NCBI GenBank assembly: GCA_964579335.1 | Contig: CAZOFS010000003.1 | Coordinates: 1 to 63,126, forward strand | Length of the DNA stretch: 63,126 nucleotides | Direction: 5' to 3' | Source: an uncultured Bdellovibrionales bacterium | Lineage (GTDB): Bacteria; Patescibacteriota; Minisyncoccia; Moranbacterales; UBA1568 | In this document: in pieces, positions 1 to 8,707 of the stretch | Numbering within the stretch: the first letter of the stretch is position 1 | How the letters are laid out: the number at the start of each line of letters is the position of its first letter | Position numbers and translations under genes: made by a program | Notes under the pieces: model-generated | What the model was told of the DNA's origin: nothing | What the model saw: the letters and a program-made list of their open reading frames with translations, nothing else | Databases searched by the model: none

Positions 1-81
1 AGGTTTTGTTGCCCTGCCTTCCATTTTCTTTTGGTACCTAAGTCTATAGCTGTCCATTTTTTTACCACCTTCTATACTCCA

Positions 82-105
82 CTTTCTTTGTGCAGACAAA
101 GAAAG
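82..105. repeat. Small hairpin, AAAGAAAG family copy 1 (CTTTCTTTGT-GCAG-ACAAAGAAAG)
   Basis: Perfect 10-bp stem with a GCAG loop, read directly. Related copies lie at 431-458 and 29492-29512. Confidence 0.7.
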
Positions 106-142
106 TTCCAAAGAAAACTGCCGTCCTAGTCTCACGGTTCAT

Positions 143-226
143 GGTTTGTTACCTCTCGCTTCCAGCAGTTGCCTCGCGTCTTCTGAAGACTGATCCAACT
201 GTAATCTTCCAGCGAGAGAACAAACC
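143..226. repeat. 84-nt extended imperfect palindrome (rod-like stem-loop)
   Basis: GGTTTGTT-AC-CTCTCGCT (143-160) pairs with AGCGAGAG-AACAAACC (211-226). Nested inside are CAGTTG (166-171)/CAACTG (196-201) and GTCTT (178-182)/AAGAC (186-190). Confidence 0.6.
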
Positions 227-404
227 GACTCACCTTTCGTCGCGGACGTGAATGAAAGTGTTTCAATCCTGTCCGCTACTGAGAGCGACCATTTTTCCTC
301 TACGCTTGGAGGAATATGACTTTCTCAGCTTTCTGAAGCGCGAGAATGTCACCGGAAAGCGTAGGAAGGAAAACGGGAGCGGGAAGTATAGGACAGCGCT
401 TTTC

Positions 405-424
405 CCTGCCTGCCGGCAGGCAGG
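405..424. repeat. Perfect 20-bp GC-rich palindrome CCTGCCTGCCGGCAGGCAGG (GGCAGG family)
   Basis: Self-complementary 20-mer read directly. Related elements lie at 480-499, 12379-12404 and inside 12725-12795. Confidence 0.75.
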
Positions 425-430
425 TTTTGT

Positions 431-458
431 CCACTTCTTTTGGCGGCAAAAGAAATGG
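431..458. repeat. Small hairpin, AAAGAAAG family copy 2 (CCAC-TTCTTTTG-GCGG-CAAAAGAA-ATGG)
   Basis: 8-bp core stem with a GCGG loop plus 3 outer pairs, directly adjacent to the 405-424 palindrome. Confidence 0.65.
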
Positions 459-479
459 ACGACAGATTGGTTGGTAAAA

Positions 480-499
480 CTTGCCTACCGGCAGGCAGG
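480..499. repeat. Imperfect GGCAGG-family palindrome (CTTGCCTACCGGCAGGCAGG)
   Basis: Same CCGGCAGGCAGG core as 405-424, with one mismatch and one wobble. Confidence 0.6.
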
Positions 500-549
500 G
501 AAAGTGGAGTAAGTAGCTGGTTTTGGCGTTGTGTGGAGTATTGGTGTGG

Positions 550-558
550 TGGTATACT
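550..558 (+). promoter_or_regulatory. Candidate extended -10 promoter (TGgTATACT) upstream of the T4SS-like cluster
   Basis: TG-n-TATACT lies about 35 nt upstream of the ATG at 593. There is no good -35 box. Confidence 0.3.
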
Positions 559-592
559 GAAACAAAATGCTTTGAATCCTTCTCGAGGGCAT

Positions 593-2923
593 ATGATGCT
601 CGAGCCTTCTCTTAAACGAACATACAAATTCCGATCGTTTTTTGTTGTGGGACTACTCGTCTTTGCAGGTTTTTTGTCTATCACAAACCTCGTACAAGCC
701 GATTCTTGGGCAGGTACAGAGGCAGGGAGAGCATCCGTTCCTACCCCAACCACTCAGGCTACTGATGGGGCCAAATCCAATGATACCCAACCCAAGAATT
801 CAGGAGATACATCCTCCTCTTGTGGGTTTACGGGGGCCGTTACTGACCCAGTTAAGTGCCTCCTTGTTCCGGCATTGAATGGCTTGACTACCGTGATGCA
901 GTGGCTTGCTAGTGGGGCAGCGGTCATGTTTGTTTGGATTGTCAATCCTGACAATATTTCTGGGGCAAATGGACTTCTTAACAAGGGATCTGTCTATGAG
1001 CTATGGAAATTTATCCGTGACTTTTTTAACCTCTTCTTTATTCTCATCCTCCTCCTCTCAGCCTTTGCCACGGTTTTTCAAGTCGAGAACTTTAGTATCC
1101 GCAAGATTTTCCTCAATGTTCTTATTGCAGCCCTCATTATCAATTTTAGTTTCCCCATCACCCGTTTCCTCATCGACCTCACCAATGTGCCGATGTACTA
1201 CTTCCTCAATGCCATTCTTCCTGGGGCCAATGGCAATGAAGCTTTTACGAGGATCTTTCTCGCTAGTACTGGTATGGGGGGGATTGCTGTTGCATCCCAG
1301 ACGGAATTCATTCCAGCTTTTACAAGTTTTATCTTCATGTTCCTCTTCACCATCTCACTCCTGGTACTAGCTGTACTGTTTCTTGTTCGAGTTATTGCCT
1401 TGACCCTTCTTTTGGTCTTTTCTCCCTTTGGTTTTGCGGCGACCCTTATGCCAGGATTTCAGGATTTGGGTCGGCAGTGGTGGAGTAAATTTTGGAACTA
1501 TGCTTTCTTTGGTCCTGCAGCAGCTCTCATGCTGCTTGTGGCTATGCGTTTCCAGAATCAGCTGGCAACCGATAGTACGCTTGCCTCCTTTAACAAGGTA
1601 TCTACTAGCATGACTGCTGGTGAAGCAGCCGGTAACTCTATATCTCTTGTCGCTTTCTACATTATTCCATTGGTGCTTATTTGGGCCGCCATCGGTATGG
1701 CCAACAAGTTTTCTATCGCCGGCGCCGACAAAGTTACCGGTATGGGCTATACCGCCGCAAGATGGGCGGGAAGAAAGGCTGGAAGAGTAGTCGCTGCCCC
1801 GGTAGTTGGTGGTGCAAAATTTGCAGGGAGAAAATATGAGAAGTTCATGACGACAGGCGAGAAGGCAAAGTTTACCAAGTTTCTCGCTCCCACAGCGCTT
1901 TGGAAAGGGTACAAAGCATCACGTGAAGAACAAGTGCATAAGGACGAGCAGCCAGTGAAGTTGGCTGCAGCAAAGATTCAAGATGATATTAATAATGTTA
2001 CATCTCGTGTTGTCAATACCATTAACCCTAATAACTGGCGGCCAAAGAATTGGAAAAAGCTTGGAGCCAATACTGAGCATACGGATCATGCATTTGATGA
2101 GTCAGAGCGTCAAAAGCACGAGCATGTAAAGGAGATTGAAGCCACCTCTAGTCGTGGTGATCATGTGATAGGGGAACTAGAGTCGGCTATTGAGAGTAAG
2201 AACGTTGCTCAAGCTCGCGCCGCTCTAACTATTCTTGCTAAGAACAACGACTTGAACGATATGTTGATTCGTCTTGGAGACGAATATGGTAAAGGTAAAG
2301 TGGTGAGCTCTGATAATGCGCGCGAAGTTCTTAAAAATATTTTTGAAAAAGTAGGAGTAACTGACGAAGAAGAGATAGCTAAGTCCCTGATGGTCTTGAG
2401 TGATACTGCTTTGGCGAGTGGTAATTATGCCTTTGGTGGACTTGCTACATATAACTCTAAAGAGCATAAATTCGTACTTTCTGATGCTGCTCAACAGGCC
2501 GGTCAAGTAGGTGGAAAGTTCGGTAATTTGGAACCACAAGACCAGGCCCGAAAACTTCATCCAGATGCTCTGTTTACCAGGCATGCAGTAAAAGACCCAA
2601 CTGTACCTGGGGGTTATAAAATTGCTGATCCATCAACTGGTGAACTTGAAGTTGAATTTGGTGATATGAATGGTGATGCTGCAGCTGAGGTAATTAAGAA
2701 AATTACTACAGCAACAGCTGATCAATCAAATCGAAGTCGGACTGATACCCAGAGAGCTCTTATAAATGCCTACGACTCTGTAGTAAATAAAGGACGAAAG
2801 GCAGATTTCCCTAATTTTGTTGCAAACTATAATAGTAATTCAAATTTTAGATACTATGTAACAAAGATGGCTGAACAAAATGGTTACATAGCAAAAGGGG
2901 GTACCCTACCCTCATCAATTTAA
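593..2923 (+). CDS. Polytopic membrane protein, candidate VirB6/TrbL/PrgH-type T4SS channel subunit
   Basis: ORF 440..2923 trimmed to ATGATG at 593, where a signal-peptide-like MMLEPSLKRTYKFRSFFVVGLLVFAGFLSITNLVQA begins. The middle third has multiple long hydrophobic spans and the last ~400 aa are hydrophilic. It is the first gene of a cluster containing PrgI-like and VirB4 genes. Family assignment rests on context and topology only. Confidence 0.45.
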   Translation: MMLEPSLKRTYKFRSFFVVGLLVFAGFLSITNLVQADSWAGTEAGRASVPTPTTQATDGAKSNDTQPKNSGDTSSSCGFTGAVTDPVKCLLVPALNGLTTVMQWLASGAAVMFVWIVNPDNISGANGLLNKGSVYELWKFIRDFFNLFFILILLLSAFATVFQVENFSIRKIFLNVLIAALIINFSFPITRFLIDLTNVPMYYFLNAILPGANGNEAFTRIFLASTGMGGIAVASQTEFIPAFTSFIFMFLFTISLLVLAVLFLVRVIALTLLLVFSPFGFAATLMPGFQDLGRQWWSKFWNYAFFGPAAALMLLVAMRFQNQLATDSTLASFNKVSTSMTAGEAAGNSISLVAFYIIPLVLIWAAIGMANKFSIAGADKVTGMGYTAARWAGRKAGRVVAAPVVGGAKFAGRKYEKFMTTGEKAKFTKFLAPTALWKGYKASREEQVHKDEQPVKLAAAKIQDDINNVTSRVVNTINPNNWRPKNWKKLGANTEHTDHAFDESERQKHEHVKEIEATSSRGDHVIGELESAIESKNVAQARAALTILAKNNDLNDMLIRLGDEYGKGKVVSSDNAREVLKNIFEKVGVTDEEEIAKSLMVLSDTALASGNYAFGGLATYNSKEHKFVLSDAAQQAGQVGGKFGNLEPQDQARKLHPDALFTRHAVKDPTVPGGYKIADPSTGELEVEFGDMNGDAAAEVIKKITTATADQSNRSRTDTQRALINAYDSVVNKGRKADFPNFVANYNSNSNFRYYVTKMAEQNGYIAKGGTLPSSI

Positions 2924-2938
2924 TGATCCAGTATAGCC

Positions 2939-4459
2939 ATGTCTGATAATCTGAAACAAAGTAACTGGGTAGATAGCGCTACTGAAGCAGTAGCCTATCT
3001 TGATGCTAGTCTGGCTAAACAAACGCTTGACGACTGGATTAAGTTTACAGGTCAAGATCCCACTAAGGAGCAGCAGGACAAAAAGATCGAGCGGCTTCGG
3101 AGAGATCTTATGTTTGTTGGCTTTGCATTTATCGATGACGAGCTTGCTTATCAAGTTTTGAATAGGTACTTTATCGAGTATCTAAAAAGTGTTAGTTATC
3201 TTTCTGATCCATTAGATAGGATTCGTGATCGTATTCAGGTGGCGGGGTATAGTTTTTATGATGAAGAGAGGGAGAGATTGAAGAAAGCTTTGGTAGAAAA
3301 TGGAGAAAAACTTGGACCCATATCGATCAGTAGTTGGATTAGACAGTATGAAGCATATAATCAAACTGCTGCTGAGGATGGGGTAGCCAGGTTCATCCTA
3401 CAGGATAGCCAGGCGAATACTCTCGATAAGCAAGCGCAGAGTATATTGCGTACGATACTTTCGTTGTATGATGATTGGTTAAGTAGAAACGTTTTTTCAA
3501 TTTTTGACATAGCGTATATCCAGTCGCATCCAGAACTCCTGACCCAGACTGGGCCAAGATCTACACAGAGTGGACCTTATGCGAGTGAAGCAGCTAATGT
3601 GGCGTATCAGGCTGGGCGGACAACTTCACAGAGTCAAGGGAAGGGTGTGGTACGTCTTCCACTCCTCAAGGCGTTGTCGGAGTATCCGCGGTTGGGGGAG
3701 CAGCCAATTACCACTGAGAAAATTCGGGTGAAATCATCACCCGAGCCAGTGCGACCTTCGCTTGCTAATTGGATCCGGTACTATCGCGATGAACTTGGGA
3801 TCGGCTTCCATGATCAAGTGACACGCGGAAAGTTTCTCTTTCAGTCAGAGAATGGCAAGAAACTCGGCAATGACGAGCGCGAACGTATCAATCTCGTCCT
3901 CAAGTCGCTCGAGGAAGAGTTTCCGCTCGATATCGATACTGACCGGATGGTGATCGTCTTCCCCGTAGCTACTCCCCCGATGGTGCCCCAAGGGAGAGGT
4001 CTCCAGGATCAGTCGCACCCAAGATTACGCACCATGACACAGCCATCAAAACTCTCTTTTCCCACCCCTCCACAAGCTGCTCCGGCTCGACCAGTAAAAC
4101 CTTTTGTACCGAATGATAAGCAACGCCCAACGCCCAACGCTCAACAACCAGTTACCAGTAACCAGGTCGCACCCAAGACAGCGTTCTTTGGGGCCAAATT
4201 TGGCGCGGCCAAAAATGTCGCGGGTGAGACACTTCATTTCTCGACGGGACATGTCTTACCTAGTGAGAAATCAGGGTCGCCTCCAACTCCGCCACCAGCC
4301 AATCTCCCTACGAGTGCATCCTCTGTAGTTGCTACCCCCAGTTTCCGTTCTGCAGGGATTAGCCAGAGCCGTGGTACCGCTCTCCCCCGGAGTCCCTACT
4401 CGATCCGACCACTTCGAATGCGCGATGACCTAGCTGATCAAGAAACTGAGAGTAGGTAG
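2939..4459 (+). CDS. Hypothetical soluble protein with a Pro/Ser/Thr-rich C-terminal third
   Basis: Long ORF packed 16 nt after the previous stop. No hydrophobic spans and no motif I can name. Confidence 0.6.
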   Translation: MSDNLKQSNWVDSATEAVAYLDASLAKQTLDDWIKFTGQDPTKEQQDKKIERLRRDLMFVGFAFIDDELAYQVLNRYFIEYLKSVSYLSDPLDRIRDRIQVAGYSFYDEERERLKKALVENGEKLGPISISSWIRQYEAYNQTAAEDGVARFILQDSQANTLDKQAQSILRTILSLYDDWLSRNVFSIFDIAYIQSHPELLTQTGPRSTQSGPYASEAANVAYQAGRTTSQSQGKGVVRLPLLKALSEYPRLGEQPITTEKIRVKSSPEPVRPSLANWIRYYRDELGIGFHDQVTRGKFLFQSENGKKLGNDERERINLVLKSLEEEFPLDIDTDRMVIVFPVATPPMVPQGRGLQDQSHPRLRTMTQPSKLSFPTPPQAAPARPVKPFVPNDKQRPTPNAQQPVTSNQVAPKTAFFGAKFGAAKNVAGETLHFSTGHVLPSEKSGSPPTPPPANLPTSASSVVATPSFRSAGISQSRGTALPRSPYSIRPLRMRDDLADQETESR

Positions 4460-4615
4460 GGTATTAGGTGATAGAGGAGAGGTAAGGAGAAAGCAGCGGG
4501 AAAAGATAAACCAGGCAAGGGGTGTCATTGTGAGGGAGTATGACGATCATGGTAATCTCGAGGCTGGGCGATCAAAATTCAAAATGCTTCATTCAATATT
4601 CGAACCAAAGATGAT

Positions 4616-5014
4616 ATGATGTCTAATGTCCCACAATTTATTGATATCGAGGACAAAATCGCTGGTCCACTGACATGGCGTCAGCTCCTCTGGATGATTG
4701 GGATGGGGATTACGCTTCTGGTGCTCTACAATATGATCCCGGGCGTTGTTTTTGTTGTTCTCGCGATACCGATCGTGCTCGCCTTCTCGGCCCTTGCTTT
4801 CTACCGTCCTCAGGGGCAGCCGCTCATTAGCTTTATCGGACATGGATTTTTCTTTTTTTTCCGTCCCAAGGTAGCGGTCTGGGAGCGACCAGTGATCCGG
4901 CCTCAAGTAGTAAGGGAAACCAAAAGTCCTATAAAAGATGAGTCAGACGAGGTCAAGGGAGTATCTCGTGACAAACTACATGAGTTAGCCCAGATACTAG
5001 ACCGAGGAAATTGA
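4616..5014 (+). CDS. PrgI-family (VirB3-like) small membrane protein
   Basis: The N-terminus VPQFIDIEDKIAGPLTWRQLLWM followed by two hydrophobic helices matches my recollection of PrgI-family proteins. It sits upstream of VirB4. Confidence 0.6.
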   Translation: MMSNVPQFIDIEDKIAGPLTWRQLLWMIGMGITLLVLYNMIPGVVFVVLAIPIVLAFSALAFYRPQGQPLISFIGHGFFFFFRPKVAVWERPVIRPQVVRETKSPIKDESDEVKGVSRDKLHELAQILDRGN

Positions 5015-5113
5015 TTGGTTGCCATGTTGAGAATGTTACAAAAGTTAGTTGAAGTCAGCTCCAGCCAATACTCCCTGTAACGTTCTAAACCTTCTAAACT
5101 TTCCAATAAAAAA

Positions 5114-5803
5114 ATGGAATTTCTCTCTAAAAACAAAGGCCAACCGAGTAACACCAGTACCCAGCGGTACGTGGATGTCGAATCTATCAGGAATGGTGTA
5201 ATGATACTCAAAAGTGGAGGGTTGCGCTCTATTGTCCTGGTATCTTCGATTAACTTCGAGCTCAAATCAAGTGTGGAGCAGGAAGCGATCATTGCTCAGT
5301 ACCAGAATTTCCTCAATTCACTCGACTTTCCAGTACAGGTCGTTATCCAGTCACGCCGGTTCAATATCACCCCGTATCTCGAGCGGCTCAAGGGTGAAGA
5401 GGCACAACAAGTAAATGAACTCTTGCGACTTCAGATTAGCGAGTATCGCGAATTTATCAAAAACCTGAACGAAGTTTCCAATATTGTCGCTAAGCAGTTC
5501 TATATTGTAGTGCCATTCTCGACCGTTGAGAGTAATGAGGGTGGGTTTTTTCAAACGCTCTCTAATATTTTCAATCAGAAAAAAGCTGTCAATATGAAGG
5601 GTGAGTTATTTGAGTCTTTTCGATCACAACTCCTGCAGCGAGTAGAGCATGTGATGAATGGCCTTTCACCGATTGGGCTTCGAGGCACGCTCCTGGGAAC
5701 GGAAGAAATTATCGAGCTCCTCTACAATAGTTACAATCCATCGCTCTTTACGACGAGTATTATCAAGAATGTGGATCAGGTAGAGTTAACCCCAACTCGT
5801 TAG
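5114..5803 (+). CDS. Hypothetical protein resembling the N-terminal (pre-ATPase) domain of Gram-positive VirB4/TrsE-type proteins
   Basis: RYVDVESIRNGVMILKSGGLRSIVLVSSINFELKSSVEQEAIIAQYQNFLNSLDFPVQVVI has the pattern seen at the start of VirB4-like proteins. There is no P-loop and no TM span. It lies between the PrgI-like and VirB4 genes. Confidence 0.35.
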   Translation: MEFLSKNKGQPSNTSTQRYVDVESIRNGVMILKSGGLRSIVLVSSINFELKSSVEQEAIIAQYQNFLNSLDFPVQVVIQSRRFNITPYLERLKGEEAQQVNELLRLQISEYREFIKNLNEVSNIVAKQFYIVVPFSTVESNEGGFFQTLSNIFNQKKAVNMKGELFESFRSQLLQRVEHVMNGLSPIGLRGTLLGTEEIIELLYNSYNPSLFTTSIIKNVDQVELTPTR

Positions 5804-5858
5804 CAGTCTCTGTAATTTGCCTGAAGGTTTTGTAGCTAATAGCTAAAAGTTAGAAACA

Positions 5859-8219
5859 ATGTCCCGCGAACTTATCATCTTTGATCGTCCGGCCAAAAAA
5901 GCGGCAGCCAAGAAGGCCGTGGTTGATCCAGTGACTTCGGTAGTGTCTCCGGTGGCGCCCAAGGCATCAGCACCCGTAGCTCCCAAAAAGAGTACCCTCA
6001 TGCCCGTTAAACCTGTGACAAAACCTAAGCCAGCACCCAAGGTAGCTCCAGTGAAGCCGGTGGCAGAGAAAGAAGTCGCTCCTCAGGCACCAGTCAAGCC
6101 CGCTCGCCCACCTAAGATTGCTCCTGTACCGAGTGTTTTTGAACGGGAACTCAGTGGGGCTGATGAAGCAGTCGATACGCTCTCATCTGTTGGGGAGAAA
6201 CGCTCAATAGAAGTGGAAGAGAAAGTCTCGACGTCCCCTCCGCTTCAGCGGACCGAACGCCCACTCCATAAAGACAGAATTGCTATTCCTGATCTTTCCA
6301 ATCCTATACCAGAGCGTGCTCCATTGGAGGATGAGTCAGAAAGAGAAGTCTCGCGCCAGACCAAAAAATCCTGGTTCTCCTTTGGGAAGTCCAAAGCATC
6401 TGTTCGTTCAAGTCGGATCGAAGAGGATATCGATGTGAATGCGGGAACTATAGATACTGAGGCGCTCTATGCTCGGGGATTGGCTACTATCAAAGACCTT
6501 ATTGCTCCACCCGCTATCAAGGTGACGGCCAATGTTATGCAAATTGGTGACGTGGTTTCTCGGACACTGTTTGTCATTGCCTACCCACGTTTCCTCTCGA
6601 CTAATTGGTTTAGTCCGATTGTGAACATTGATTTTCCTATGGATACGGCTCTCTTTGTCCATCCAATTGATACGGCTGATATCCTCAAAACCCTCCGCAA
6701 GCAAGCTACTCAAGTGCAGTCCCAGATGAATATTGAGCTCGAAGACGGGAAAATTCGTGATCCAGTACTTGAATCAGCCCTCCAGAACATTGAAGAGTTA
6801 CGAGATCGGCTGCAGCAGGGGACCGAAAAGTTTTTCCGTTTCGGGCTCTATATCACCCTTTATGGCTCAGATGAGAAGGATCTTAATAGTAAGACCAAAT
6901 CAATCGAGGCTATGCTCGAGGCTCAGCTTATCTATACCAAGCCAGCGGTCTTGCGTATGGACAAGGGTTTTGCTGCGACCAGACCCCTCGCGAGTGACGT
7001 ACTCGATGTAGCCAATAATCTCAATACTGAACCGCTTTCAACCACCTTTCCTTTTGTTTCTTCTGACCTCTCTTCCAATGAAGGCATTCTCTACGGGATC
7101 AATCGACATAACAATAGCCTCATCCTCTTTGACCGTTTCAAGATGGAGAATGCTAATATGGTGGTGTTTGCGAAGTCGGGAGCTGGTAAGAGTTATACAG
7201 TCAAACTCGAAGTGTTGCGCTCCCTCATGTTCCGGACCGATGTGATTATTATCGATCCAGAAAATGAATACAAACATCTCTGTGAGACAGTAGGAGGAGC
7301 GTTCGTGCCAATTTCGCTTAACTCAAGTATTCACCTCAATCCCTTTGATCTCCCCAAGATGAAGGAAGGGGAAGATCGTGAAGGCGTGTTTCGCAATGCC
7401 ATCGCCAACCTCGTCGGACTCCTCCACCTCATGCTCGGGACACTGACACCCGAGGAGGATTCGATTCTCGACCAGGCTATTCGTGAAACCTATGCTATCC
7501 GCGATATTCATGCCGGGACTGACTTCTCTCAATTGACCACGGCTTCGTACCCGACCATGTCAGATCTCCATGCCACACTGCGGAGTATGGAAGGAGCTGA
7601 ATCACTCGCGGTCCGACTGGAGCGCTATACGGAAGGTATTTTTGCTGGTTTTCTCAACAATCAGACCAATATTGAGACCAATAATCAGCTCACGGTGTTC
7701 AATATTCGAGATCTCGAGGAAGAACTTCGTCCGATCGCTATGTACATGGTGCTACAGCATATTTGGAATGAGATTCGCTCGACTCTCAAGCAGCGGATGA
7801 TTGTCGTCGATGAGGCCTGGATCATGATGCAAAACGAAGATGCCGCTGCCTTCCTCTTCGGAATTGCCAAGCGTTGTCGTAAATACTTCACTGGTCTTAC
7901 CACTATCACTCAGGATATTAGTGATTTCATGTCGTCACGCTATGGGAAGCCTATCGTTACCAACTCGTCGATGCAGCTCCTCCTTCGTCAATCGCCCGCT
8001 TCGATCGAATACGTGACTGAAACGTTTTATCTCACCGACCATGAGAAGTTCCTCCTTCTTGAGTCCAATGTCGGAGAGGGTATTTTCTTTGCTGGGACCA
8101 AACATGCTGCGATCAAAGTTATCGCTTCGTATAGTGAAGACCAGATTATTACTTCTGATCCGAGACAGCTTCTCGAAATCGAAGAAGCTAAAAGAGAATT
8201 CGATGCCAATAACCCATAG
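5859..8219 (+). CDS. virB4: VirB4/TrsE-type T4SS ATPase with a Pro/Ala/Lys/Val-rich N-terminal extension
   Basis: Walker A FAKSGAGKSYTVK, Walker B MIVVDEAWIMM and a TTITQD motif are present. A VirB4-type N-domain (IAPPAIKV...YPRFLSTNWFSPIV) precedes the ATPase domain. Confidence 0.85.
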   Translation: MSRELIIFDRPAKKAAAKKAVVDPVTSVVSPVAPKASAPVAPKKSTLMPVKPVTKPKPAPKVAPVKPVAEKEVAPQAPVKPARPPKIAPVPSVFERELSGADEAVDTLSSVGEKRSIEVEEKVSTSPPLQRTERPLHKDRIAIPDLSNPIPERAPLEDESEREVSRQTKKSWFSFGKSKASVRSSRIEEDIDVNAGTIDTEALYARGLATIKDLIAPPAIKVTANVMQIGDVVSRTLFVIAYPRFLSTNWFSPIVNIDFPMDTALFVHPIDTADILKTLRKQATQVQSQMNIELEDGKIRDPVLESALQNIEELRDRLQQGTEKFFRFGLYITLYGSDEKDLNSKTKSIEAMLEAQLIYTKPAVLRMDKGFAATRPLASDVLDVANNLNTEPLSTTFPFVSSDLSSNEGILYGINRHNNSLILFDRFKMENANMVVFAKSGAGKSYTVKLEVLRSLMFRTDVIIIDPENEYKHLCETVGGAFVPISLNSSIHLNPFDLPKMKEGEDREGVFRNAIANLVGLLHLMLGTLTPEEDSILDQAIRETYAIRDIHAGTDFSQLTTASYPTMSDLHATLRSMEGAESLAVRLERYTEGIFAGFLNNQTNIETNNQLTVFNIRDLEEELRPIAMYMVLQHIWNEIRSTLKQRMIVVDEAWIMMQNEDAAAFLFGIAKRCRKYFTGLTTITQDISDFMSSRYGKPIVTNSSMQLLLRQSPASIEYVTETFYLTDHEKFLLLESNVGEGIFFAGTKHAAIKVIASYSEDQIITSDPRQLLEIEEAKREFDANNP

Positions 8220-8227
8220 GTTTACCT

Positions 8228-8704
8228 ATGTTTGAAAGATATCAGGCTGTTAGTAAGGAGGCCAAAAAGCAGACTTTGCGTTCTAGAAGCCTGAAGTTTT
8301 CTGGTGAAAAGCCACCCTGGCTTCTCTATATGGTGCTCGGCATGTTTGCGCTCCTCAAGGATACGCTTGATCTCGTCCTGGGAGTCATGATTGGCATTGG
8401 ATCGGTGGTGAGCCTGGCTACGGGGATGTGCTTTTCTCTTATAGCTTTCCTCCTCCTTACTATCTTTGATCGTTCGGGTTCATCGGACAACCTCTGGTTA
8501 GCCAAGAAGATGGTCCATCGGGCCATTGTATTTGTATCGGCTACACTTATTGGTACCCTTCCAATCGTTGGTTCATTTGTACCCGAGACGACGCTCGCGA
8601 TTATCGTACTCTACGTCCTCGCTCATCGGGCTTGGAAGAAGGGTCAAAAAGCTCAAGCGGCTACACAAGGGCGAGCCCGAGTACCCTATAGTGCCTATGC
8701 CTAA
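8228..8704 (+). CDS. Small polytopic membrane protein (hypothetical)
   Basis: Three to four hydrophobic spans. Starts 9 nt after the virB4 stop. Confidence 0.6.
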   Translation: MFERYQAVSKEAKKQTLRSRSLKFSGEKPPWLLYMVLGMFALLKDTLDLVLGVMIGIGSVVSLATGMCFSLIAFLLLTIFDRSGSSDNLWLAKKMVHRAIVFVSATLIGTLPIVGSFVPETTLAIIVLYVLAHRAWKKGQKAQAATQGRARVPYSAYA

Positions 8705-8707
8705 TAT

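Noticed and set aside
440-592. Upstream 51 codons of ORF 440..2923, and ORFs 252..512 (+) and 349..753 (-)
   Set aside because: These frames translate the GGCAGG palindromes and AAAGAAAG hairpins (PAGRQ-type strings). A proper signal peptide starts at Met52 (593). They are treated as non-coding.
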